From NCBI GenBank assembly GCA_965285935.1, contig OZ260665.1, forward strand, positions 39,990,001 to 40,054,000: a stretch of DNA of 64,000 bases. The letters are read 5' to 3'. Positions 24,747 to 37,376 of this stretch are shown piece after piece. Both the position numbers and the translations under genes were made by a program. The DNA is from Ophelia neglecta. Lineage: Eukaryota. The stretch's first letter is position 1. Each line of letters begins with the position of its first letter. Under the pieces are notes generated by a model that searched no databases, was not told the origin of the DNA, and was given only the letters and a program-made list of their open reading frames with translations.

Positions 24747-25115
24747 GTCTGGATCATTCCATTTCTATCCGCCTGCCTACCAAGTGATCTTTCTAGTGAG
24801 CAGACGACCGTATATCACAAGACGTCTGCTCCCTCGAGCAGCCTATCGCTGTCGCCGTCTTATCCATTGCTCATAGGCTGACTAGAAAAGACATCTGACC
24901 ATGAAAAACACCAGGACGGCTCGCCAGAATCACCGTAGCCCCCAGTTGAGCCTGAGAATTAAGATCAAGCAGATGGGGCTATCAGATTTATGCGTTGAGT
25001 AAAGGTAATGGAGCGAAAAGTCTGGCCGGAATCTTCTTGGTCGTGCAAGGCTGCTTTTTGCTATTGGCTTCCTTCATCAAATCGCTCTATAATATCACAA
25101 TTAACTCATCTAGAC
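24747..25115 (+). ncRNA. PK-family structured element (best-supported copy)
   Basis: P0 gtctggat 24747-24754 / atctagac 25108-25115. cctgcc at 24772. Perfect three-way junction of 8, 9 and 8 bp at 24790-24888. ggggctatca leads into P2 tcagattt 24982-24989 / aagtctgg 25018-25025. PK atggagcga 25008-25016 / tcgctctat 25082-25090. Confidence 0.65.
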
Positions 25116-28100
25116 TACGACTGCTCCTATATAGTGTAAGCCACTGGGTGACTCAGTTGATGGCAATGTCCGACAACCCTATAAAACAGCCACTCTTTTC
25201 AACGGGGGCGTATCTATATCAGCTATATGCAGTAACTTAGGCAAGGCCACGACCCTCTTTCATGGAAAGCTTTCAACAACGGCACAGCATCTGAATGCCA
25301 AAGACTTAACACTTACAAATTTATACCTGTTGCTCTCAAGTTGCGCACAAAGTGATCCTCCGGCGAGAAACGCGATAGGTTTTTTTATCACAATCATGTG
25401 GGCCTGTTTTGAAGTTTGCGATAAGGTAACCTTGCTGACTTGAGTAAAGACTGGCAAGATACTATTGGAAGCATTCCATGGGTATAGTGGTATCAACCTG
25501 CTAAATATGTGACCCAACTAAACATTCATTTTAATTTTAACTCATCAACAGACCAAACACCGCATTGATTTCGTTCGGTTACAGTAATCAGTGAGGCCTT
25601 GGACCAATTAAAGCGAGTGCATGGTGGGTTCTTACTTGCCTTAATTATTGTCAAATCTATGGCCTTTTTTTAAAACCTCCACACTGAGTTAGACATAATA
25701 TCTTGGTGAAAAAATCACATATGGTAAACAGCTGGTCGATTGTGGCTGTGATTAGGGCCTATCGAGATTTCAGCGATGATCATTTTTCAAAGTATGAATT
25801 GCTAAGACGATTAAGTGAAAACATTGAATGCCTGAAATTTGTCTTCTACAAAGTATAGGTGTAAAACATCTTAGTTGTAATATGTGAATGGTAATGGGAC
25901 TTGCGGTGTAAAGTTTGAATTAAAGTAGTTCCTAGCTTTGACGTGAAGAGTCGGCCCCTGAGCTTTCATACATGAACGGTTCTGAGTGATTATTTCTGAT
26001 TGTTAAGACGTGGGAGGATAGCAGTCATTTCCACTTGCCTCTCACAACTCATGGTTTAATTATTTGATAACACCCGCCACAAAGAAGTTGTCAAAGAAAG
26101 AGAGGCCGGATGGGGGAGGCAATGGGAAAATAGAAGTATTTCCGTCCATTTAGTTTGATATATTTATTCCTGCTTGGTTGGTCAATATCTCAACAGGCTT
26201 GAGTTGTGATTAAAAAAACTCAGAAATTCCTAACTGGTGTCACGTGCAAATGGCATTTCTAGCAGACGACAGACGGGGGATGCGATGAAAAATGGCATTG
26301 CCTAGCACATTTAGTATATGTCTATGTTAGCTCGGTCGGTCCATGTATTACATGGCTCGCTGGCTGAAATGAAAATTGGAAAAGTCACAATAGCTCACGC
26401 TTGTCATTTCCAAATGGCGCTACCTAAAGAGATCAAATGTTTCGAAATGAGACTGTTAAATGCTGTCAGTTTTCAAAGTCCATCAATCCTCCGTACAATA
26501 TGGTACGATGGCACAAGGGAGAATTAAAAAGTCACAAAACCGTCCCTCTGGTCAATTTAATGCAAACGACATTACACGGAATGGCCATGGTCAGAGTGGC
26601 TCGCATGGCACTGAAACATTTAAAGCATTCAACCACATTCAGTCTATATTTCACACATTTCATCGAGCGACAGGGAATTTTTCAAAAGTATCCATTAGCG
26701 GTCAGTGCGAGAAATCATCATTTCATGTAGAGGCTGGTGCAATAAATAATGGGTGATATAGCGAGAAAGAGCACTGGGAGACAATGAAAACACGACACCA
26801 TTATCTCTTTCTGCACGACCCTACTTGTTGTCGCATTCACCAGTGTATGACAGTCATGACCTGTGTTTGCAAAACGTCCATTTTATAACATTCTAAACAT
26901 AATATAATTCTGGATACATAAGTATCGGCAAGCTGCCCTTCACATAAGCTTCGCCTTGTTTTCTGAGCCTGTCATATGGGAATAAATGCTATACCAGCTT
27001 TACAGGCAACAGTGAATTGAAAAAAATACAGGAATAGGGTAAAATAGAATATGACGAACTAAACAATATATATTCGCGATATTTTTAACGAGGTTAATAA
27101 GGCATAATTAAGGGTGCTTGATAATTGAAAGGTTACCAAGTAAACAAGAAAGCAACATGATATCAATATATCACACCGAGGACAATAATAATAAAGAGCT
27201 CATGCTATATAATTCGCTTCATCATGGAAATAGTAATTCTTGTGACACGTATCTGGCATTCTCGCCAAATAACAGTCGGTTGACTCTTTTAATGAAAAAT
27301 ACAAATTGTATGTAAAAAGGTTAACATTATACTGTTATAGATGGTTTGAGATGGGTTCCAGTAGTTTGAATATTTAGCAAATTACATGACCCACAGAGTG
27401 AAGGGGAAAAATAATTGTCTGCGATAAAGTTGACAAGGCGCCACCCGAGTAGGGTCAAAGGTTGTCGTCTGCAATGAATAATTGGTTATGGGTCGATGCG
27501 AACACGTTAGTGGGCAGTTCGGGATGCAACCAAGAGAGTTTACAGTTTGACAGCAGACCATACCCATGGTGCCTCTCTCCTTTCACCCTCTGACCGCTGC
27601 CTAATACGTTCTGCTTAGAGGTGGCCATGGGTGGGCGAATTAAGGGCGATCGGAACGAGGTTGGAGGGTTAGGGTTAGTAAGGGTGGGGGCCGGGGGGGG
27701 GTATCTCCCATGTAATGATATTTGGTGTTAAGCCCTAAAGTTTTCAGTCGATCCGCATGACACACTGATTTACGTGTTTCAGTCGAGTCGGCACCATGAC
27801 ACGAAAAAAGCTATAAATCTTTGGTTATTTCAAAACGAGCATGTAGGGAATAAAAATTCTTCCTTTTGTTATTCCTATACTACCTTTACAGAAATATGAA
27901 ATTGGCGTGAAAATGCATCATAAGCAACAACTAGAAGATCATTAATTGATAATTAACTGGCAAGTCGATCTTCGGAGAACTACACAGTGATAGCCTGGCA
28001 TTATATAGTTGACCTGCATCCATTTAGGAAAATGACTTTGTTAAAATGACTTTGATATCATTTCAAGTTGAAATTGGAATTATATTGAATCTCTCCCATC

Positions 28101-29639
28101 TGCGAAGGCCCTACACGTTTTATGATGACGCCCATTGCCTGACCTGGTTTTTGTCCAATCGAAATGCTCGGGACTGAATGGTGTCGGCTGTGAGTGAGCA
28201 GTGCCACCATCGTTTCATTAGGGTTGAAATTTATCTGTCATTAATAACAATATTGACGGGCGATAGAAACTAGCTGTCAACCTGTTTCGGTAATATGCTA
28301 TTCCACCATGATAGATTTGTATTAGGAATTTTTATTCTTGTCAGAAGCAAATGCGAATGCAAGTAGCAAAGAGGTCAGCATCGTGTGTCTTTGCTTTATG
28401 ATATATTAGGCCTAGATAATTTTTAGAAAAGCATGCGCAATTGCCGTCGTCAATTTCTCTAAGCATTCCACTGTGTCACTATTGCTTCTAATACGGAGAG
28501 TGTCATATAAATGCCCACCAGCGTGACAGGGCTGCGTTCCATTGTGCCAACCCGTCGACCTCTCACGGTGACTGATAATTCTCCTGGATGGACTTGCTGT
28601 CCCGAGAACAAATCCCGGATATATTGTTTTTCTAGTTATATCTACAATTAAAAAATGTGTTTCAAATGGTTTTTCTTCAAAATTTAACTATTACTAGCAC
28701 GCTCGAGTATTGTTTTATATACAATTGTTGACTCCTTCTCACTGCAAGTATTACACTAGTTTTTATTTCTTTATTCTCTATTTTCGTTCTTTTTACTCGT
28801 GACCAGCCCAATTGTTTATACTAGTGTAACTGAAGACTGATGTTTGTGGACCTGTGACTGAGTGTTTCTGTTGATAACCGACTGATTTGACAGTGTATTC
28901 TTATTAACGATTTCGCTTTGTCCGCCGGGTTTCCACTACTTTTGTTTTCGACAATATTGATTTGATATTGCCTATGGCGTCGCTCAAATTTTAATTCACA
29001 GATTCGCTTTTTTTAACAGTGTTATAAATATGAAGTTGCCCTTAGAATGTATCATGTGATAAAAAATAGGAACAACCTTTTTAATTGACTTTGTTTTAAA
29101 TCGACGGTGACCCAATTATAACAAATATCTGTTTCTTCTATGACATTTCTCGTCTTGGTGCCTAGTTGTTTTCTTAAAAGAATCAGATAAAATGAGAGCA
29201 CGAAGCGATGGTTTTAATAATTATTTTCCCCTTATGCCATCAGGTCAACGTTTGATTTGATGATCACATACTGGCTCCATCGAATTCATTTAGGTCTACA
29301 GATTTTTTTCTTCGCTTTAAGCAATACTGCGAATTAATTAGAATATTATAGTCGTATAACATGGCTACTCAACCAGGAACAGCAGTCACGATGTTGTTTT
29401 GCTAAGAACAGGTGTCTATGGTCAAAAGACATTTGCTTTTTGGAGTGCTAGGTATTCGAATGAGCTTTCTGCAAATGTAAAGGCCTGTGATAGTTTGCTA
29501 ACTTTAAGATAAAAGTCTGGAGACTTTCACAGCATCTTACTCCATAGTAATGGGAAGCCCCAAACTAAAACCCACAGTTTAACTGTACGATATAGGTTTT
29601 GGGCCGCTTATTGAAGGAGTATCGTATTGTTTGTAAGTC

Positions 29640-30300
29640 TGGTTATCGTGGTGTATAGGCCTAGGCCTGAATAATTTGTTTATTTTCCGTATTCTGTATC
29701 TGTAATGAATGTACGGTAATGTTGCTCCCAACTGATATATGCATGAAGGACGTATGTCACTTGTTTTTGCTGTGCCAAGCCAAACTAAACTACCCTTTAA
29801 CATGCATTTACATTCGTGTTGTTATATAATAGTTTAATATAATAACCGACCAATTTGTATTATTCATATTTTTATTTAGATGTGTATATTTACTTCATCT
29901 ATAACCTTTTCTCAAACTAGGTAATTGAACATACTCTTCTGTATTGGAGGCTAACAAGTAAATTAAAAAAAAGAAGATTCTGAATTTGTAATTTATTAGT
30001 CGAGGGCAATATGTAATTGTTCTGATCAGTGATATTTTATGTCCCAGTCTATACGTTGTCTCTATAGTTTAAGCTGTGTCTGGTATGTGGAATTTGTTCT
30101 GCTTTTTTATGGGACCGTCATGGAAGTAAGTTTTGCAACTGTTGGACGTCATCCTTTGCCATAATTATATGGTGCATGCATTGATGGGTGCTGTAGCTAT
30201 ATGTCATAATTATTCATACTGTGCATTAGGCCTATATGTTGTTTTTTATCATAGAGTCCTGTACATTTGATTTTATGATACGAAAATCTATCAATCAATC
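29640..30300 (+). mobile_element. Possible decayed LINE 3' end with UTR
   Basis: IGLGLNNLF...TCFCCAKPN*TTL*HAF resembles the LINE C-terminal CCHC region. The stretch ends in a (caat)-like tail at about 30290. Confidence 0.3.
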
Positions 30301-31263
30301 TACATGTAATGATTAAAATGCAGTTTATTTGCTATTCATTATTTATATAGAGGCAATGCGACTTAGATTTGTACCCTAAACTGTATGTTTACAATATCTA
30401 TTTCGCCGCTTGCTTGGCTTTCAATTCCTGGCTTTACATGTCATGATTTTTATTCATTCGACCTTTTTGATTTTAGAAAACAGGCCAGACCTATTCAGAA
30501 GTTATTTCATGCGCCTGAATTGAGAAGTAGTTACGGGTATACAAGATCAGCTAGCCCAACTGACTATATCATTCATCACATGATCTAACAGCGTCTGAGG
30601 CTATAGCCAGCAAGGCTTAAAACGGTACAGACTCCTGAGTCGATTGCTCTGAAAGACATAATCTGATCATGCTTAGTTATTTTTTGCCGTATGAAGAAAC
30701 CTATTCAGCCGTTTCATATCATACCAGCCAGATTTCGACATATATTTCGCTTTTTGTGTGCGCAGTAGTTTTAAGAATATTTGTATACGGATTGTTCAAA
30801 GAGCAAAAAGCCAATCGTATGTTCTCCCCAAAGGTTTGTGCACGGATTTAACAAAGCAATTTATTGTGGACATAACTATATTAGTCCAGTTTAAATGACT
30901 TCGTATACGCCATAAGAACGATAATGACACAGTGCTTTACATATAATTTTCCAAAATGGCGTGCTTATATGACTAATAATCACAAAATACTCTCAAACAA
31001 AAATATATATATACTAGTGAAACTTATTGGTGAGTCAGGCAATAGGGCATTTGGCACTCTCTGTTTCTGCGGCTGAATTATACAGGGATTATCAAACATG
31101 ATTTTTAATCCTTAAAACGCCACTCTATTGTTTAGTTAATACACGAGTGGCCGCAACAAGACATATCTACAGTGTTAACCGTTTTACTTGCTATCTACCA
31201 TAGACTGCGGTATTTTTGACTTGTGTATATATAGCCCCGAGCAACCTGTTATGCTGCTATTGG

Positions 31264-31893
31264 CACCGTGCTTCATCGGCTGCTGGTAACGCGTGTTTTC
31301 GTCATTCAAAATGGTCGTCGCAAATCTTGCTCAGAAATGCCATCTGACCTGTTCAAGTATTGATGGGCAGCTTTTCAACTTGTAATTTTCGCCAAAGCAC
31401 ATCTAGGATTATCACATTAGTTTCACTAGAAAAATAAGGCATTTAAAGCCGCGGTGTGTCACAAAAATATCAAGGTATGACGGCAACGCGAAAACCTTTT
31501 CTGCTGGGTTTACGGAAACAGGGGGAAACCATGATGGTTTCGCGCAAATAGTCTTACAAGGACATCAACAGCTGGCTATATTTATATTTCTGTTTAATAT
31601 TTTTTCCGCCGTACTATCATATTTGGTGTACTACTTCACCGCGTTACCTGGTTTATGTGTTCCACGTTACCGTCATATCTTTCTCTTAACCATCGGGGCT
31701 TTAAGTGCTCTAATTTTTCTACTGGAACTAGTGTGTTTGAAGCAACATTACCCTAGCCGTGCTTTGCTGAAATAACCAGTTCCATATATGGTCATAAACA
31801 CCCGCAGACTGGTGGCATTTCTGAGCAGGATTTGTGCGACTGTCATTTACCATGACGGCAACGTGCGTTACCCTCAGCCGATGAAGCACTGTG
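31264..31893. mobile_element. Non-autonomous DNA transposon with CAC...GTG ends (Transib/Chapaev-like)
   Basis: About 85-bp imperfect TIRs: caccgtgcttcatcggctg...cagaaatgcca at the left and its reverse complement ending ...cagccgatgaagcactgtg at the right. Internal repeats of atgacggYaacg/ggtaacgcg. Flanks attgg/attaa may be an eroded 5-bp TSD. Confidence 0.8.
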
Positions 31894-32855
31894 ATTAAGA
31901 TAAGCAGACGGCGCAGGTGAGATAATGCACCTGGCAGGGAAGAATTCGTCTACTTCTGTCCCGAGCTAATCTCCTGGAGAGAGAGAGAGAAAGAGTAGCA
32001 TGCAGGAGAACGGCTGGCCGATTTATCTTTGTAAAATAGTCTCGTCTAGCCGAAGTCACCTTCTTGGTATTCAGGATGCTTCGTTCACGCAGACGTAACC
32101 TACGTTAATATGTCAAGTTGTTGTCTGATCCCTCGTTAACCACTTTCAATAATATACAGGATCCACACGAATCGATTGTCGGATAACATAATATCGTCTG
32201 CCTGTTGCATACACAATCTGACAAGCGTCTTTACTGTCCAAGCCTCCCCTCTTAACGACGAAGAACTGATGAAAGTATTAAAGGGATTTTACTGAGTGAC
32301 TTGAGTTTAGAAGCGTTTCGATGTGTTCTGGTATTTGTTGTCAGAAGAAAGGTTGTTTAGACATCAGTCTAATGATTACCTTCAATTCGTATAGCACGTG
32401 TTGACCCCTCCCCCCCCCCCCCCCGTCCCCGTTCCCGCCAAGCTCACACACACCCCACTAGATGCATACACATCCCCCATTTAGATCTAACGCATTGGTA
32501 TGAGAACCATATTATATATCCCTTTATCCTGTCTCTAGCCAAACTCTGGCTCTCGACTCCTTTTCAGTCCAACCGCAGCATTCATCCTTTAAGCAGTGAT
32601 TCTGAATGGGGTTGCATGCCTTGGATTCTATTTAAGTACATTATGATCAATGCCGCAATTTCCAAGCACAGTGATGACTTTTGAGGATAGCTGATTAAAG
32701 AATTGCAGGATCAAGACCATATTCTCACCTGTAATTATATTTTTGGTTAATGGTAAATATAATCTATGATTGATAACCGGAGAGTAAAATCATGTGGGTC
32801 TAGTGGCCTTTCTTTAAGGCCCAAGCTAGAGAGATGTATGACTCCCGAGAGGAAT

Positions 32856-33179
32856 CTGACAGCATTTCCTACATGCAATTATTTCAATGGTGATTGCTGT
32901 GTGCCTATATTCTTCCCGGAAGGAATCCTACTCAGGCAGATTGTATTGTTTACTACAGCCAGCAGGAGCAGGTGACTGATGGGGCGACATTGCAATGGGC
33001 GCCTTTAGTCATAAATGGAAAAGTTCTGTCGATATCGAGTGACTCTTTTCATCTTAAGTCGCACAGGGGGTTGCAAATCATAGTTTCTGAACTTATATTC
33101 TTTGGATCTTGCGAAATCGGGATTATTTTGTAGCTTTTAAAAGATCCTAAACCATTCAGCCTAGAGAGGCTATTGTCAG
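32856..33179 (+). ncRNA. PK-family structured element
   Basis: P0 ctgacag 32856-32862 / ttgtcag 33173-33179. P1 tgcaatt 32874-32880 / ggttgca 33069-33075, then aatca. Inner ctgtgtg/cgcacag, tgcct/aggca, tgactga/ttagtca. PK tttggatctt 33101-33110 / aagatcctaaa 33141-33151. Many G-U pairs on +. Confidence 0.6.
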
Positions 33180-33558
33180 CATCAAGAAGGGAGTGATTTG
33201 TCAATTGTGTTTTATTAAAATTATGTGGGACAGTTTCGTTCCAACTATATGGATAGTCACCATTCTCGTTACCTATTGGTATTTAAATGGTGAGGGAATT
33301 CCAGTTCAGTTGAATTTCAATTCAAATATTTAATTTATCGCAAGTGCACAAGAGCTAATGTTTTGAATATACAGAGACTTGGAAGAGCAAGTCATATGGT
33401 TTTACGCCTCCTCCCACCCCCCTTCACAAGAAAATTGCTGGCTTCTATTTTGTCTTGCTGGCACCAACCAAACTAAAAAAGGACACTTCTACCTTCTATG
33501 AGACAAGCCCCCACATGAACGTTTTCTACTTTGTCTCCTCCCAAAGAAAGCACAAAGC

Positions 33559-33772
33559 AGCTATCGGTCCAATATTACCTAGGTTATCAGCATTTTATCT
33601 TGAACCCCTATGCAATTCATAATACATGACAACAATCAATGTAATTCTATTTATGATGCCTTCGGACCAGTACATCTTGCACAGTGCAGTCCGTTTGAAG
33701 TGCATGTCCAAACTTAAAGAATAAAGCCACCGGCGAAGACCGAACTTGGCATATTGCAGTAGGCGGTCAGCC
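33559..33772 (-). ncRNA. PK-family structured element
   Basis: Minus strand: tgcc+ttcgg / ccgaa+ggca, then tcataa/ttatga (33651-33656 / 33617-33622). PK gttgtca/tgataac. gccggtg/tactggt has G-U pairs on minus. Confidence 0.45.
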
Positions 33773-34716
33773 AGATGAATTACAATCGGTGGTAAAATGA
33801 GACAAAATTGCCCTTTCTTATTTAATTTTCACGCTCTATGGCCATTGTCAATATTAGCAGTAGGAGCACGGACAACGCAATGCCATAGTTTGCTGGGAAG
33901 TGGGTCCACCTGATAGGGTCAAGGAACCGGTGCATTGAGGTTTGGGGTGAAATTGAGGGTCTGTTTTAATTACAAAACCCTGGCCTTGTCAGTCCTTACT
34001 TGAGGCCTAAGTACCTTACAGCATCGCCAGAAACCATTTTCTTCCAAGTAAAACGATCCATAATTCCCTGCCGTACGTTTGAAGTGAGGTAACGTGGCGG
34101 GTAGACGTAAATTTGGGCAACCGGTAGCATCTCTTAAACAGGTTTTATTACTGTCGACAGACATGTTGCCTCGTGGATGAATGAGGAGAACTGATTTGCG
34201 AACATTGCTATGGTGCCAGAAACCACTTCTACGCTTGGATCAATACAATCTCCCAGGATTTGTTGACCACTTGAGGAGGTGAATGCGCCTCCGCAATTTA
34301 TCTCCCAGGTCTTTTTCGGCACTACATTCCCTGTCGACAAAATAGATTGAATTGTGATGTAGTATCGTCTGGTCTCAAACGTTCTTCTATGGTCATTGGA
34401 TGAACTAGGCATATGTCTGCAATCCAATTCCAGGTTGTGCTTGGTATTTGAAAAGCTTTTTTATCAATTAAGTTTAAGCTTTACGACTTAGCTAATTTGT
34501 ATTTATCTCAATTCTAGTATCTCAGCAGCTAGGAAACATAGAACAATGGCAGTCCACATGGTCTAAGTATAAGTTCTACGACTCCTTGAGGCTACTCAGA
34601 ACGATAAAAATATCGGCTCCGCTTCGTTTTCTTCTATCTTATCCCATCATGCAGAGTAGCCGAAAAACCGACTTATAACCTTTCATAATTATTGGGTTTA
34701 TTACCAAATAGCTCCC

Positions 34717-34881
34717 AGCTATTCCTCACCCTGCAGGCTGATCACCAGTGACATGCACTTAAGAAAGAATCTGGTCTAACGGCCGATTGGCCTTTGCTGA
34801 GCTACAAACTGAGTAGCAGCGCTCTCTCTGAAGATTAGGCAAGTCACATTCAATCAGGTATCATTAATAAGTACCAAATGA
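34717..34881 (+). ncRNA. Probable PK-family element
   Basis: cctgca at 34730. ctgat/atcag and gtgac/gtcac enclose hairpins; ggtatca leads into tcatt/aatga. PK not identified. Confidence 0.4.
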
Positions 34882-37354
34882 CCTTAGCCCGCGCCCACTC
34901 TGACTATCTATAGAACACAACCCAGAGATTTAGTTCTTTGGTCATTCCTGTCACGGAGCATGGAACCCATCGAGAGGATCTGATGATATGTAATTGGCAC
35001 TTGTAAGATTATACAGACCATGGCCAATGTACTTTAGTAATAAGCTGAATGGATGTGATGTTATGAAGCAGGAATATCAGAATATTTGCTTCTACGACTC
35101 TTTTTCATGAGAGCCATTAGCCTAAACAACCCTTTGGCAGAAGTTGTACGGCCATCTTTTTATAGTGGCGTCTCACTTACTACATGGGTCTTGACACCGC
35201 CTTTCTATCTATAAGCCTGGTAGGTTATGTCAGTAGTACATGCTCTCATAACAACTGATACTGAAGGCGATATTATGTTTATCCAGCCGACCTTGGTTTA
35301 TTAACACTCGTGAGTAGTCCATTTATTGTGTTTTATTAATGCAACCCTGCTCGATTATTGGCTAGAACAGCAAACCTAATGCATCGTAATAGAAACTAGT
35401 TTCATCATTACTGTCAGTTCTGTATTCGCTTGATGGCTCACGTTTGTCATGTTGTACCAGTATATGATACTATTTGTCCCACAAGCAATTTTTGTTTATT
35501 GCATATGGAATGGCAAGTACCCATATAGAGCTCATTTCCCGGGTTAATCGGGTGGATTTCATACACCGTCTGCCAAGCTACAAGCTGGTCCTTAAAGCAA
35601 GACATGGTTTAAATGTATTTTAGAGAATTGTTAACAGTTTTATTAAGCTTTGTTGATGGAAAACTAGGGCTTGCCCTTTTATGCCCCGATTCAATACAAA
35701 AGAAGAAGAAAAAGTGATTTCCTAGGGTGTTATGGTCATGTAAAATGGCGCTTTATTACTTTTACATGTGCCTGTTCATTTGGCTTGTTGAAAGCAAATT
35801 TAACGTACATTATGAAGTCTGGTCAGATCACTAAATTTACGGGAGATGAACAATCTCCTTCCAGGTAAATAAACATTCCTTTCCTAATGCAACAGTGTCA
35901 TTCGAAGTTCATTTCAACCCAACTTGGATGTTTCTATTTAAATTTGAGGCAAAAGTGGATTAATTATATGGTTCACAAAATGGTAATTCTGATCAAAGTA
36001 CAAGGCACAACATGGTTATATTGCCAAGTATGCAGATTGCGGATATCTATTGCCACATTTTGCTGGATCAGGACTATTTTTAAAGGTGATCACGGACAGT
36101 AGTTGTTGGTATTGAAGACACTGATGTCAGCTGTGCGATTACACATTTTTCCGATTCTCGCAGACAATTGTAGGACTAGATAGCCAACGGGCTTGTAAGA
36201 AAACACACTACCTCGACTGCAATGAATAAGTGTGATACGTGTGAACTGTGCGTCAAATGGTATTGTATCGGAGAAAAACATCTTGACATTATATGCCAAT
36301 ATCTAGTAATGGAACCCACACGCTTTTGACATTTTTGACAGTTTAATTTCGGCCTTGTCAAAAGAAATGTACGAAACTTGTTTTTTATTCAGCGCATCAA
36401 GTTAATATTGTAGAAAAAAGGAACGGTATACACGACAGACAAAACAAAACAGTTATTAAAGAAAGTCAATTTATTCCCATTATATTCATCAGGAAATGTG
36501 AGCTGCAGGACATAATATCAATCACCATGTTTGCTATATATCTTTGGGTAGTATGTTCGGCTAATTAGACAAAGTGTGGATTCCTATCATTTTTATACTA
36601 ATAAGATTAACCCTGACAATTTCGCATTGTCACCTGAATTGGGTGATAAAACTAGCAACATGGTATAAGACCGCTTGCCCCTTGTAAGCACACATTTTCC
36701 AGATTATCCACCGAGCTAATTCTAGCCCAGTGTGTATTATAAATCACAATGTGTGGGAACCTTGGCTTACAACAAAGCCAAATTGAATAAAAAGGGGAAA
36801 GATCTAGGGGTGCTAGGTGGTTAATCAAGTCTGCACGTGAACACAGTCTTCAATGATTTGATTTACAGCTTTCAACTTAATTGAAAATCATTGACTTCTG
36901 AATAACCTATGCTTCTTTAGTTTTACTGTGACAGTTTGATAGATTGGCTCAAAATAATTTTAACCAAACAGAGATAACTCAGCAATTTCCTTCTTGCAAT
37001 ACCTTTCGCAAATCCACAGGCTTTTGTATTAAAATTGATTTTAACACAAATCATGAGACCTTTCACATGCTTATCTTAAACCTGACAAAGCAATTAAACA
37101 GCTCATAATCCTTCGCCTGAATATTCTAATGTGTCTAATCATGTTTCTCGTACTATCCATGTAAGATCAATTGTACTACGGATACGTTCCGTTGCAATTT
37201 AACCTTATCATCAAACTTTATTTGTATGGCTTGAACCGTGTAAAAGTACAATTGTAATAATAATTTAAAATTGAAATAAAAATGTCTATGCATAATATAC
37301 CGACACGAGTAATGTTCATATACATTCAATTCCGGCATGTGACGTGAAAAAATG

Positions 37355-37376
37355 ATATATATATATATATATATAT
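37355..37376. repeat. (AT)n microsatellite
   Basis: 11 AT units, seen directly. Confidence 0.95.

Noticed and set aside
27818-27828. 10-11 nt matches to the 5' ends of conserved miRNAs (miR-9 here; miR-12, miR-71, miR-133 and miR-216 elsewhere)
   Set aside because: The matches stop after about 10 nt and I saw no precursor hairpin.
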